The notes below the pieces were generated by a model that did not search any database, was not told the origin of the DNA, and worked only from the letters and a program-made list of their open reading frames with translations. Shown here piece after piece: positions 25,868 to 39,007 of a stretch of 64,000 nucleotides of DNA (position 1 is the stretch's first letter; the number at the start of each line of letters is the position of its first letter). A program made the translations under genes and the position numbers. Source of the DNA: Heterodontus francisci. Taxonomy: Eukaryota. The stretch is from contig NC_090415.1 of assembly GCF_036365525.1 (NCBI RefSeq), forward strand, positions 13,702,001 to 13,766,000, given 5' to 3'.

Positions 25868-26194
25868 ACCGCGTCATGAATTAAAAGATTGCATTTGATA
25901 ATGTCCATTGCCGACCTGAACTGCCGGTAAAGATGTAAAAAAGGATTTACTCCCGTTAGAGGAAGAAATGGCCGGAGCTTTATTCCCGCCAGAAACCGAA
26001 CAGGGAATGAACCCCTATTCAAACCGTGTTGGAAGACACAGAGGGGGATCGAGGGCGGAAAAAAATCACGCTAAAAGCACTGAGATTTTATAATCGTTCC
26101 CGCCAAATTAGGTTTTCTTTCATCTTTGCGTCGTTTACAAATTTGAAAATGGCGGGCTTTTTGAAATTGATTCAATTTCAGTTGCAGTTCAACC
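25868..26194 (+). repeat. Duplicate of the H3 distal promoter region (second copy ~27200-27519)
   Basis: cgcgtcatgaattaaa...tggcgggctttttgaaattga...tttcagttgcagttcaacc present at both sites. Confidence 0.85.
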
Positions 26195-27010
26195 GGATGT
26201 TGCCGGGACTGGAAAAAATGCAGCTATGAGGAAAGACTGAATAGGCCGTGGTTGTTTTCTGTGGCACAGAGAATGCTGAGGAGAGATCTGATTGAATTGG
26301 ATAACATTTTGAGAGGCCTGGATAGAGTGTAGGTGAAGGGCCAATTTACCTTAATACAGAGGTCACTGACTAGGGGTCAAAGACTTAAAGCGTTTGGTGG
26401 AAGATTAGAGGGAAGATGAGGGCAAGGTTTTTTTCCCTCTCATCTACAGGATGGTGGGGGTCTGGAACTCAATGCCTGAAAGGGTAGTTGAGGCAGAAAT
26501 CTTCAAATCATTCAAAAGAGGTCTGGATATGCACCTCAAGTGCATATTCTACAGGATTACAGACCAAATGCTGGCAGGTGGGATTAGAATGGGTGGAGAG
26601 CTTTCCGGCTGGCACAGACACGATGGTCCAAGTGGCTTCTTTCTGTGCCATGAACTTTCAATGATTTTCAGAAAAGAGAAGGCTGAGGGGGGACATGATT
26701 GAGGGATCCAAAATTATGAAGGTCATTGATAGGTTAGACAGGAATAAACTTTTTGTTTTCCCTTAGCGGAGGGATCAATAAGTCGGGGGAATAGATGTAA
26801 GGTAAGGGGCAGGAGGTTTAATGGAGATCTGAGGGAGAAAAAAACACTCATCATGTGGTTGGAATCTGGAACACACTGCCTGAATAGGTGGTAGAGGCAG
26901 GAACCCTCACAACATTTAAGAGGTATTTAGATGAGCACTTGAAACGCCATAGCATACAAGAATACGGGCCAAGTGCTGGAAAATGGGATTAGAATAGTTA
27001 GATGCTTGAA
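26193..27010 (+). mobile_element. Two CR1 3'-end fragments in tandem
   Basis: ggatgttgccgggactgg..ctatgaggaaagactg; VGVWNSMPERVVEAE; second tail 26670-27000. Confidence 0.75.
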
Positions 27011-27014
27011 GAAA

Positions 27015-27195
27015 TACTTGCAGGTTTATCGGTCAATTGCCCCCAGTGTAGGTAGATGGTAGGAGAATGGTGGGGATGCCGGAGGGAATATGGGATTAAT
27101 GGAGGATTAGTATAAATGGGTGGTTGTTGGTCGGCACAGACTCGGTGGGCCGAAGGGCCTGTTTCTGTGCTGTTTAAATCCATGACTCTATGTTT
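27015..27195 (+). mobile_element. HE1-type SINE 3' half
   Basis: ggattagtataaatgggtggttgttggtcggcacagactcggtgggccgaagggcctg. Confidence 0.8.
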
Positions 27196-27419
27196 AGTTA
27201 TCGCGTCATGAATTAAACGGTGGCATTTGATAATGTCCATTGACGGCCTGAACTGCCGGTGAAGATGATGGATTTATTCCCGTTAGAGTAAGCAATGACC
27301 GGAGCTTTATTCCCGTCTGAGACCCAACAAGGAATGAACCCCAATTCAAACCGTGTTGGAAGAAACGGAGGGGGAATCGAGGGCCGAAAAATGAACTCCG
27401 AGCAATGAGATTTTATAAT

Positions 27420-27630
27420 TGTTCCCGCCGAATTAGGTTTTATTTAATCTTTGAGTAGTTTGCTAATTTGAAATTGGCGGGCTTTTTGAAATTGATGAAA
27501 TTTCAGTTGCAGTTCAACCAATCAGGGAGCAGCAATTCCCACCGCCCTGATCCATCGTTTCAAATTGGATGATGGACGGGGCTTCATCCATTCACAACAT
27601 TAGGGCGGTCCTTCGACTGTCTTAAATAGG
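27420..27630 (+). promoter_or_regulatory. H3 promoter: E2F/CDE-CHR module, CCAAT boxes, TATA-like
   Basis: TGGCGG-gctt-TTTGAA 27475-27490, CCAAT ~27518, ATTGG ~27564, cttaaata ~27621. Confidence 0.65.
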
Positions 27631-27683
27631 CAGTCCCTGACCAGCTTCAGCATTAAACGCGACATTGTGTAAGGTCTTCGTAG

Positions 27684-28097
<414 letters not shown>

Positions 28098-28140
28098 ACT
28101 GACCCTGCCCGGAACTGAGTTCGGCATCAAATACCACAAC

Positions 28141-28182
28141 GGCTCTTTTAAGAGCCACCAAATCGACAAAAGAAAGAGTTGT
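28141..28182 (+). terminator. Histone 3' stem-loop and HDE (H3)
   Basis: GGCTCT-TTTA-AGAGCC-ACCA then aaagaaagagttg. Confidence 0.95.
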
Positions 28183-28574
28183 GATCTCTTGTTCATTCCA
28201 GCACATAAACGTCTCAGAAGGTTTTGACCATTTATTTACTCAAAGCCGGGAGACACAATTACTTATATCTGCATCCGGTAGCTGGAGATTTCATGACGTG
28301 TCTGTTGTAAGATCTAGAGTAGCGATACCAATGTGCACAGCGCATTTTAATAGACCGGCGATCGTTTTAGGACTGAACAAATGTTTGTGATACATAAAGG
28401 GTAGAATGGTAAAAGTGCCTTTCTAATAGGGTCTGAGGGAATTAGAATGTATTTCATCTGATGAGCAACTAAATGCCAAAATCCAGTACTCTTCATTCCA
28501 ACACAAAACAACGATAACAGTACAATATTACAGTCTTTCAGACAGTAACCAGCCCTTTCACAGATAAAGTGGGT

Positions 28575-28756
28575 GGCTCTGAAAAGAGCCTTTGGGTTCA
28601 CAGATTCAAGTCAGGCCGCTTCACTTGCCCTTCGTGCTCGGAGCGCTGGTTTTCTTGGGCAGCAGCACGGCCTGGATATTAGGCAGCACCCCGCCCTGAG
28701 CGATGGTCACCCCTCCCAACAGCTTGTTCAGCTCCTCGTCGTTGCGGACGGCCAGC
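28575..28756 (-). pseudogene. H2A: H2A remnant: last ~44 codons, stop (28621-28623) and intact stem-loop (28575-28590); 5' part and promoter deleted
   Basis: Minus strand [44 protein letters not shown]; match to the 53547-53682 copy stops abruptly at 28756. Confidence 0.93.
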
Positions 28757-29030
28757 CAATATATTTGTAAAACAAATGTACTTATTCGTAAAGATAGACA
28801 AACTTCAACACGGCAACCAAGTAACTGAGAACATCTTTAAATCATGCGTTAAATCAGCTTTCATTTTCGAAATATAGCAAAGGGGCCGAATGAATCTGTA
28901 TTAACCTGAACTGACCGGATTTAAACAGAGATTTACAACCGCCATCAAAAATTTGCAGAGTATTCGTATTAACATAAAAAGAATTCGATAATCATGATGA
29001 TGTTGTAGCTATTTCAGAGAAATTGTGGGT

Positions 29031-29046
29031 GGCTCTTAAAATAGCC
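29031..29046 (-). terminator. H2B stem-loop with a stem mismatch
   Basis: Minus strand GGCTAT-TTTA-AGAGCC (A.G mismatch) versus GGCTCT in the paralog. Confidence 0.8.
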
Positions 29047-29084
29047 TTGTTTGTATATTGTGTTTTTCAGTCCATGGCGGATAT

Positions 29085-29465
29085 TTACTTGGAGCTGGTG
29101 TACTTGGTGACCGCCTTTGTCCCTTCCGACACGGCGTGTTTGGCCAGCTCCCCGGGCAGCAGCAGGCGCACGGCGGTCTGGATCTCCCGGGAGCTGATGG
29201 TGCTGCGTTTGTTGTAATGGGCCAGGCGGGAAGCCTCACCCGCGATTCGCTCGAAAATATCATTCACAAACGAATTCATGATACTCATGGCCTTGGAGGA
29301 GATGCCGGTGTCAGGGTGAACCTGCTTCATCACTTTGTACACGTAGATGGAGTAACTTTCTCTCCTGGATCTTCTACGTTTCTTGCTGCCCTTCGTTGGC
29401 GCCTTCTTCTGAGTTTTCTTGGCGCCTTTCTTGGAAGGTGCTGCTGTTTTCTTGTCATCAACCAT
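29085..29465 (-). CDS. H2B: Histone H2B (126 aa), divergent N-terminal tail
   Basis: [17 protein letters not shown]...[25 protein letters not shown]...AVTKYTSSK. Confidence 0.95.
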   Translation of the reverse strand: MVDDKKTAAPSKKGAKKTQKKAPTKGSKKRRRSRRESYSIYVYKVMKQVHPDTGISSKAMSIMNSFVNDIFERIAGEASRLAHYNKRSTISSREIQTAVRLLLPGELAKHAVSEGTKAVTKYTSSK

Positions 29466-29518
29466 GATCACGATCAACTTCAGACACAGAATAACCGAAA
29501 TTTCGCTCCAAGCTCGCA

Positions 29519-29582
29519 TTTTATAGACTTCCCCAGAACCCTATGCTAATGCAGGATGGGAGAAAACCATGCTCATGATTGG
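29519..29582 (-). promoter_or_regulatory. H2B proximal promoter: TATA, octamer variant, CCAAT
   Basis: Minus strand CTATAAAA ~29519-29526, ATTAGCAT 29543-29550, CCAAT ~29578-29582; same layout at 55367-55431. Confidence 0.75.
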
Positions 29583-29613
29583 CTGGTTTACAATGATGTC
29601 ACTGCCTGATGTT

Positions 29614-29925
29614 GGGCGGCACAGTGGCGCAGTGGTTCGCACCGCAGCCTCACAGCTCCAGTGACCCGAGTTCAATTCCAGGCACTGCCTGTGTGGAGTT
29701 TGCAAGTTCTCCCTGTGTCTGCGTGGTTTTCCTCCAGGTGCTCCGGTTTCCTCCCACATGCTGGTTGATAGGTTAATTGGCCATTATAAAAATAGGTGGG
29801 GATGTGGTAGGAATATGGAATTAGTGAAGGATTAGTATAAATGGGTGGTTGATGGTCGGCACAGACTCGGTGGGCCGAAGGGCCTGTTTCAGTGCTGTAT
29901 CTCTAAAACTAAAACTAAAAGCTAA
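29614..29925 (+). mobile_element. HE1-type V-SINE inserted in the H2B promoter
   Basis: gggcggcacagtggcgcagtgg head, V-domain, tail with (ctaaaa)n; absent from the paralog at ~55462. Confidence 0.9.
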
Positions 29926-30579
29926 ATCTGTCTGATTGGATATCTAAAGTAACCAATCACACTTCATGCCTATCACAGCCACAAACTGACGCAGCAGTCA
30001 GATCGTCCAAACCCCTTTGCCCGCCCTTAACCATGACTTTCTGAGTCCCTCTGTCTCTTCAACCATTTCCATTTTGCTGGTATGAACACGTCCATTTTTT
30101 CACTCTGTACATATAATTTCTTGACCCTTCCATTCCTTATCAGGATGTACCGCCCTGCTGCACTTCCCTCCATCACCAGGACGGAACCGTCCAGTATAGT
30201 TGGGGTCAGACATGGGCAAATGCAAGCATTGAAGTGCAAGTCTTTAAATCTATGTTGCGTGCCAAATAAGGTTGGTCAGCTGCAGCCACAAGTTACCACA
30301 TGAAAGATTTATATAGTGGCAATTACATAATTCTGGCTGAAACTAGGCGAGGCATAGGAACTTATTATTACTGGCTACAAATATTCAGCAAGACAGGTCT
30401 GAAAAAATATGGAGGGTTGTGGAGTGGAAAGAGTTGATCAAATATAATATGATAACACTGGCAGCGATGATGTTTTTGAGTTGTTAACAAAAGAATCTAT
30501 TTGGTCATATATACGGAATATGGCAGGAGGAAATGCATGGACATTCTGGGTCGTGTCATGTTTGTCTTTCCCTGCAGGG

Positions 30580-31550
30580 TATGTGAGTGTGGGTTTCATT
30601 CTGTGCTGATCAGTATGTGATATTTAACTGTGGCTTTTACTCCGTATTGGTCAATCTATGGTCAATGATTTTGTGATTTAATTCAGTAATTTCAATCTTC
30701 AATCAGTGATTCTGTTTTTTCTTTCTCTGTAACATTCAGTTTCTAAGTGGATGATTATGGGTTTTGTTCTGTACCTATGAGCTTCAGCTGAGTGAGTGTG
30801 GGTTTTGCTATGTATCTGTTAATATCTGATTTTGGAGTCTGGGCATTTCTCTATCTGTCAATTTCTGAATTGTGAATTTGGATTTTAATCTGCACCTGTC
30901 AGTTTCTGGTATGAAAGGTTGTTTGATTTTGTCTCTGTATCTGTTAGTAAGTGACATTTTTGTGTAGCTTTACACAGCACATGTTAATTGATGACATGTC
31001 AGCATTGTTTTCACTCGACATGTCAGTCTCTGGTTTGGAGGCCTCACCTGTGTTCTGTCCCCATCAGACGTCTTCATATAAGGATGGGTTTTAACCTGTT
31101 CCTTTCAATCTGTTGTATGTAAGTACTGTTTATTATCTGTATCTGTAAGTTTCTGATGAATGAATGTGGTCTGTATCACATCCCTGTCAGTGGTTCATTA
31201 AGAGATATTTTACACTGTACCTGCCCGTTCTGATATGTGAGTGTGGGTTGTGATCTACGGCTGGCCCTTTCTGGTATGAGACATGAGCATTGTTTTTACT
31301 CTGTGCATGTTAGCCTCAAGTGCAGAAGCTGGGTTTAATAGTACAGCTCACTCTCTGCTGTATGATTATGGATTTTCATCTGGACAAGTTAATTTCTGGT
31401 ACGGGCATGTGAATTTTATTCTCTATGCCAATTTATGGTATGTGATTATGTGTTCTTTCTGTTCTGTCAGTTTCTGCTGAACTGTATGGTGGATTTGCTT
31501 TCAATCTGCCAAGTTCTGCGATGTGAATGTTGGTTTTACTTTGTATTTGT
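30580..31550. repeat. Degenerate ~41-bp array, block (paralog of 2440-3385)
   Basis: Colinear sequence with 2440-3385 and 57235-58215. Confidence 0.7.
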
Positions 31551-31554
31551 CATC

Positions 31555-33490
31555 GAGAGATAGAGTCATAGAGTTATACAGCACAGAAACAGGCCCTTAG
31601 ACACATTGATGGCCGGCACAGGCACAATCAGTGATCTATTCTAATCCCATTTTCCAGTACTTGGCCCATCGCCTTGTATGCTATGGCCTTTCAAATGTAT
31701 ATCTAAATACTTCTTAAATGTTGTGTGGGGTCCTGCCTCTACCACCCCTTTCAGGTAATGTGTTCCAGATTCCAACCACCATCTGGGTGAAAATGAAATT
31801 AAAAACAATCCTCAAATCCACTCTGAACCTCCTGCTTCTTACATTAAATCATGGCTGATCTGTTTCTGACTTGAATTCCACACTCCTATCTCCTCCCAAT
31901 AATCTTTGATTCCCTTGCCTGACAAGAATCTATCAATACCTGACTGAAAAATAATATATTCAGTGACACCGCCTCCACCACCTTCTCAAGCACTGAATTC
32001 CAAAGTCTCACAAACCTCAGAGGGAAAAAAAAATCTCCTCATCTCGGTCCTAAAAGTGTGACCCATACTTTTAAAGCAGTGCCCCCGATTTCTGAACTCA
32101 TCCACAAGAGGAAACATCCTTTCCCCATCCACCTTGTCAAGACCATTCAGGATCTTATACACTTCAATCAAGTCTCCCCTCACTCTTCTAAACTCCAGTG
32201 AAAACTAACCCAGTCTGTCCAACCTTTCCTCATAAGACATCCACTCATTCCAGGTATCAATCTAATAAACCTCCTCTGAAACACCTCCAACACATTTACT
32301 TCCTTCCTTAAATATGGAGACCAAAACTGCACACAGTATTCGAGCTGTGGTCTCACCAAAGCCCCGTATAACTGAAGCATAACATCCTTAGATTAATTTT
32401 CAATTCCTGTTGTAATAAAGGATAACTTTCCAATTGCCTTTGTGATTTGCCATACCTGCATACTAACGTTTTGTGACTCAAGCACAAGAACACCTGGATC
32501 CCTCTGCACCTCGGAATTCTGCAGTCATTCTCCATTTAAGTAATACTCTTTTTTTATGTCTTCCTGACAAAGTGAAAACTTCACAATATCTCACCTTGTA
32601 CTCCATCTGCCAGATTTCTGCCCACTCACTCAACCTATCTATATCAGTCTACAACCTCCTTATGTCCTCTTCAATACATACTTTCCTACCTATCTTTGTT
32701 TCATCTGCACATTTAGCTGCCATACTATCGCTAGCCCCACCATCTAAGCCATTGATTTAAATTGTAAAAAGTTGAGGCCCCAGGACAGACCCCTACAAGT
32801 CTCCACTTGTCACATCCTGCCAATCAGAAAAGGAGCCCTTTATGCATTCTCGCTTTTTATCACCATCCAGCCAAAATTCTATCCATGCTGATCTGTTACC
32901 CCCTACTCCATGAGTCCTACTTTCCACAAAATTCCTTTATGTGGCATCTTGTCAAATGTATTCTGCAAATCCAAGTACTGTACGTCAACGGGCTCCCCTT
33001 TATCCAGCGGGTATGATACTTCTTCAAAGGACTCCAATAAATTGGTTAAACATGATATCCCTTTGACAAAACCATGTTGACTATTCGTGATGACCTTGCG
33101 TTTTTCTAAATGTCCAGCTTTAGCCTCCTTATTGATCAATTCTAACATATTCCTCATGACAGGGGTCAAGCCAATTGGCCTTTAGTTAGCCTTTCTCTGC
33201 CTCCCTACCTTCTTGAATAGATGGGTAACATTTGCTACTTTCCAGTCCAATGGAACCTTTCCAGAATCTAGCGAATCTTGAAAAATTAACATGAACGAAT
33301 CTACTGCATCAGTAGCCACCAATTTAAAAACCCTAGGATGAAGCCCATCAGGATCCAGTGACTGTCAGCCAGCAGCTCTATCTGTTTACTCAATATCACT
33401 TCCCTGGTGATTGTAATTTCACCAACTTCTTCTCTTGCTTCCAACTCCTAATTTATAGCTCTTACTGGAATGTTTTTGCATCATCTATAG
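31555..33490 (-). mobile_element. Decayed CR1 LINE fragments
   Basis: [38 protein letters not shown] on the minus strand. Confidence 0.85.
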
Positions 33491-33509
33491 TCAAGAAAGA
33501 AGGGAAATA

Positions 33510-34040
33510 TGAGTAGAAGTTCACACTTTGATTGTCTAGTATGCCAATTTAAGGTTTAACTTGTATCCTCAAATTTCTAAGGTGCAGGTGTGGTTTTTAA
33601 TCTGTCTCTGTCATTGTCTTGTACAGGAGTCAGGGTTTCAGTCTGTTTTTTGAGTGTGGATTTTACACCACATCTCTCCATTGCCTCGGATGTGAATTTG
33701 ATTTATAATCTGTACATGCCTGTTTCTGACATGTGGCTCTGAGTTTCAGTTTGTACATTGCCATTCTCTGATATGTGACTGCCAATTTTATTCTGAACCT
33801 GTCAGTTTCTTGTCTGTGTGTCTGAGTTTTGGTCTGTATCTGTCAGTATCTGGTATATGAGTCTTCTTAATTATGTGTGTGCTGCTCTGTACCTGTCAGT
33901 GTCTGAAGTGCAATTGTCAGGTTTTCTTTGTACCTGTCACTAACTGTTATGGATGAGAGACTTTCAAATCAAACTGTAAATTTCTTGCAATACACGATGG
34001 ATTTGACTCTGTGTCTGTCAGTCTCTGGTAGTTAAGTGTG
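33510..34040. repeat. Degenerate ~41-bp array, block (paralog of ~11600-12140)
   Basis: Colinear similarity. Confidence 0.65.
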
Positions 34041-35400
34041 TCAAATTGCCCTGGGCACTCATCCAATCCTCTATTTCCCTTGACATCCAGGGTTTCCTGG
34101 ACAAGTTCATCCTACCCTGCACCTTTATAGGAACATGTTGGCACTAAACTCTCATTATTTCCTTTTTGAATGACTCCGTCTGGTCTGATGCAGACTTTCC
34201 TACAAGTAGCTCTTCCCAGTCCACTTTGGCCAGATCCTGTTTTATCATATTGAAATTTGCCTTCTCCCCCATTCAGTACTTTTATTTCCAGTCCCTCTTT
34301 GTCATTTTCCATAACTACCTGAAATATGCAGAGATATGGTCACTATCCCCGAAATGCTTCTCCACTGACACTTCTACCACTTGTCTGGCTTCATTCCCTA
34401 GGATTAGATCCAGCAAGGCTCCTTCTCTTGCTTGACTTTCTACTTGCTGGCTCAAAAAGCTCTCCTGTATGCACTTTAAGAGTTCTGCCCCCTTAAAGCC
34501 TTTTGCACGAGGTCTGTCCCACTTGATATTGGGCAAGTTGAAATCCCCTACTATTATTACCCTATTATGTTTACACCTCTTTGAGATTTGCCTTCATATC
34601 TGCTCCACTATCTCTCCCTGACCATTTGGAGGCCTGTCGTACACTCCCACCCCAGTGGTGCCCCCTTTTTGTTTTTAGGTTCTCCCCATATGGCCTCATT
34701 TGAGGAATCTTATAAGATATCATCCCTCCTGACTGCAGTAATTGACTCCTTGATCAACAGTGCACTGCCATCTTCTCTTTTACACCATCCCCTGTCACGC
34801 CTGAAGATTCTATAACATGGAATATTGAGCTGCCAGTCCTGCCCCTCCCTCAATTATGTCTCTGTGATAGCAGTAATATCATATTCCCATGTGTTAATCA
34901 ATGCCCTCAATTCATTTGCCTTACTAGTAAGATTCCTTGCATTAAAATAGACGCAAGCCAGCCTTGCATTCTTTGTTGTGCCTGAACAGGTCAATACTTG
35001 CTTTGCCTTCCAGACTGACACAGTTTCTCTTCAATATTTGACTGTGCATCACCCCTTAGTGTGCCTCCACTTTCTATCCCACCCTCCTGAAAATTATTTT
35101 ACAACCTCTGCCCCCTCCCCCGCACAGCAGAAGCAAGTCTCCCAGCAAGAATGTTGGTCCTGCTCCGTTTCAGGAAACCAGTCTAAATTGTACAGGTCCC
35201 ACCTTCGTCAGAAACAGACCCAGTGATCCAGGAAACTAAAACACTTCATCCTGCACCATTTTTTCAGCCATACATTCATCTTCTCTATCCTCCTATTCTA
35301 TTTTCACTAGCACGTGGCACTGGGGTAATCCAGAGTTTACAACCTTTGAGGCCCTCCTTTTTAATCTGCTACCTAGCTGTCTAAAATCTTTTTACAGGAC
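34040..35400 (-). mobile_element. Decayed CR1 ORF1-end/APE fragment (paralog of ~4790-6120)
   Basis: LLDLILGNE..HFGDSDH on the minus strand. Confidence 0.8.
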
Positions 35401-35409
35401 ATCATTGCT

Positions 35410-37950
35410 CTTTGCACCTGTCAGTTTCTGGTCTGGAATAAATGTCTTTACTCTGTACCTGCTCGTTACTGGCAGGTGATTGTGACATCACTCCATATCT
35501 GTCAGAGTCTGATGTGACTTCAGATTTTATTCTTCAGCTGTCAGTTTCTGACACGTGAATATGGATTTTCCTGTGTTCCAGTCACTTACTACAATCTCCA
35601 TTGCTCCTTTATTCTGTGCCTGTCAGTTTCTGGTCTGGAAGAAAGATTTTTTCATTACCTTTTATATTCTGCCAAATGAATGCGAGATCACCCTGTATCA
35701 GTCTGTTTGTGACCAGTTACTGTGGTTTTTACTCATCAACTGTCAATTTCTGATACGTGAATGTGAATTTTATTCTTTAACCATCAGTCTCTACAATGCA
35801 AGTATGTATTTTATTCTTAACCTGTTGGTTTCTTTCAACTGATTGTAGCTTTTTACTCTTTACCTGTCAGTCTCTGGTATGTGAATGTGGCTATTACTCG
35901 GTGTCTGTCTGTGTCGGATTTGCTAGCAAGTGTTTTGCATTGCCTTTCTGTTCCTGACATGTGAATGTGAATGTTACTCTGTACCTCTCAGTTACTGGTA
36001 TGTGATTGTGGGTTTTATTCTGTATCCATGAGCCTATGATTTGTGATTGTGTCTTGTGTCCTAGGCATGTCAGTATCTTGTTTGTATTTACCCATTATTA
36101 TGTGCATGTTGCTTTATGGGAAATGATGATAGGATTAACTCTTCTTTTTTGCCATATTACCACTATGGCCTCAAGAGCTGCTCAGAGGCTGGGAATTCTG
36201 TGATGGGTAACTCATGTCCTAACTCCCCAAAGTCTTTCCACCACCAACAAGCTATAAGTCAGAATTCTGATGGATTACTCTCCACTTGCCTGGATGAGTG
36301 CTCAAACAACACTCAAGAAGCTCAATACCGTCCAAGGCAAAGCAACAGGCTTGATTGGTTTACCTTTCACCAGTTTAAGCATTTACTCCCTCCACCAGCA
36401 GTGCACAGTGTTTACAGCTGTGTATATGCATGATATTCGTTCTGTGTCTGTTTATCACTGGTACAGTATGAGTGTGGAAGTCATTCTGCATCTGTTACTC
36501 TGAAAGGTGGGATCTGTTTGTTTATAATTAAGGAACAATGAAGCGGCTCTTATACACCTAGATCTGTCAAAATACATGTCCCTCTTTGTATGGAATGTGA
36601 GTGAGGGATTCATTCTTTATCTCTGAATGTGGAATGTGACTGTTGGTATTACTATGTACCTGCCAGCTTATGATATGTAACTAGGGCTCTTTCTCTGTAT
36701 CTGTCACATACTGATAAGTGCATGTGTTCTTTCCATTCTACCTGCCAGCTTCTGATGTGAGTGTGGGTTTTATTAAGTACTGATCAGCCTCTGGTATGCA
36801 TGTGTTTCTTTTATAATGTACCTGCCAATTTCTGCTGAATTGAACGGGGGTTTTGATTTGAATCTGTTACCTTCTGTTATGTCAATGTGAGTGTTCCTTT
36901 GTACTTGTCAATTTCTTCTCCTGAAGAAAGGTGTTAAAACTGCAACTAATACAAAGCAACAGACTGTGAATGCTGGAGATGTGAAATTAAAACAGAAAAT
37001 GCTGCAAATACTCAGCAGGCCTGCCAGCATCTGTGGAGACAGAAACAGAGATAACCATTCAGGTCAATGGTCTTTCATCAGAAAGGTCCGTTCTGATCGA
37101 AGGTCATTGACCTGAAATGTTAACTCACTTTCTCTCTCTACAGGTGCTGCCAGATTTGCAGATTATTTCCAGCATTTTCTGTTTTCATTTCCACTGTACA
37201 TCGTATATTCTGGCAAATGAATGTGGGATTAATCTTTAACCTTTGGTTTCTGATCTGTAAATGTGGATTTTACCTAGCATGTTGTCAGTTACTGCAATGC
37301 AAATATCTGTTTTATTCTGTAACATTTTGTTTGTGGTAATTGATTGTGGGTTTTACTCTGCATCTGCCAGTCTCTGTAATGTGAATGTGGCTTTTGTCTG
37401 TGCATGATTTGTGAGTATGTGTTTTACTTTCCCTGTATGTTTCTTAATGTGGATTTTGCTATGTACCTCAGTTACTTTATGTGTATATGTTGTATTCTGT
37501 TTCTGTGCATCGATGGTGAGTGTAACATTTCCCCTGTATCTATCAGAATCACTCGTGAGGATGGTCATTATTCTGTACATGTTGGTTTATGGTAGTGCTT
37601 GATTTACACTTTTTGGTCACTCTCTGATACGCTACTATACAGTTTACTCTGCACTTGTCAGATTCTGCTATGTGATATTGTCTTTTATCTATCTGTCTGT
37701 GTCTGGTATCCTATTGCAAGTTTTACGGTATACCCATCAGCTTCTGGTATTTAAGTATGAGGTTCACATTGTATCTTTCATCTTGTTCTGTGTGAATCTG
37801 CTTCTGCCTTGAACTGACAGTTTCTACTCTGTGAGTGTACATTTGAAGGGTGCTTGTTAACTTCTGCTAAATAGATGATAGTTTTACTCTGTGCATGTCA
37901 GTCACTGCAATGGGAAGTTGGGATTCATGCTGTATCTGCCATTTGATTTA
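35410..37950. repeat. Degenerate ~41-bp array, block containing a LINE fragment (~36140-36420) and a palindromic element
   Basis: Paralogous to 6160-9080. Confidence 0.65.
36947..37192. mobile_element. Palindromic Penelope-arm mini-element (paralog of 8075-8318)
   Basis: ttcaggtcaatggtctttcatcagaa / ttctgatcgaaggtcattgacctgaaatgttaact. Confidence 0.75.
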
Positions 37951-37959
37951 TTGATCTAT

Positions 37960-39007
37960 TCTGGTTTTTGGCTGGCCCATAGAAGACAGAGGGTGGTAGT
38001 AGATGGAAAGTATTCAGCATGGAGCTCGGTGACCAGTGGTGTTCTGCAGGGATCTGTTCTGGGACCTCTGCTCTTTGTGATTTTTATAAATGATATGGAT
38101 GAGGAAGTGGAAGGCTGGGTTTGCAAGTTGCTGATGACACGAAGATTGCTGGAGTTGTGGATAGTGTGGAAGGCTGTTGTAGGTTGCAATGGGGCATTGA
38201 CAGGATGCAGAGCTGGGCTGAGAATTGGCAGATGGAGTTCAACCTGGAAAAGTGTGAAGTGATTCATTTTGGAAGGTCGAATTTGAATGCAGAATACAGG
38301 CTTAAAGACAGGATTCTTGGTAGTGTGGAGGAACAGAGGGATCTTGGGGTCCATGTCCATAGATCGCTCCAAGTTGCCACCCAAGTTGACAAGGGTTGTT
38401 AAAAGGCGTATGGTGTGTTGGCTTTCATTAACAGGGGGATTGAGTTTAAGAGCCGCGAGGGTATGCTGCAGCTCTATAAAGCCCTGGTTAGACCACACTT
38501 GGAATATTGTGTTCAGTTCTGGTCGCCTCATTAGAGGAAGGATGTGGAAGCTTTAGAGAGGGTGCAGAAGAGATTTACCAGGATGCTGCCTGGACTGGAG
38601 GGCATGTCTTCCGAAGAAAGGTTGAGGGAGCTAGGGCTTTTCTCATTGGAGCAAAGAAGGATGAGAGGTGACTTGATAGAGGGGTACAAGATGATGAGAG
38701 GTATAGATAGAGTGGAGAGCCAGAGACTTTTTCCCAGGGTGGAAAAGGCTATCACAAGGGGGCATAATTTTAAGGTGATTGGAGGAAGGTTTCGGGGAGA
38801 TGTCAGAGGTAGGGTCTTTACACAGAGAGTGGTGGGTGCGTGGAATGCACTGCCAGTGCTGGGAGTAGAAGCAGATACATTAGGAACATTTAAGCGACTC
38901 TTGGATAGGTACATGGATGATAGTAGAAAGAAGGGTATGCAGGTAGTTTGATCTTAGAGTAGGTTAAAGGTTCGGCACAACATCGTGGGCCGAAGGGCCT
39001 GTACTGT
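37960..39007 (+). mobile_element. Relatively young CR1 LINE 3' portion
   Basis: SGVLQGSVLGPLLFVIFIND, ADDTK, ALERVQKRFTRMLPGL..., tail gggccgaagggcctgtactg. Confidence 0.9.

Noticed and set aside
29614-29690. tRNA gene-like sequence (A/B boxes)
   Set aside because: It is the tRNA-derived head of an HE1 SINE, continuing into the V-domain.
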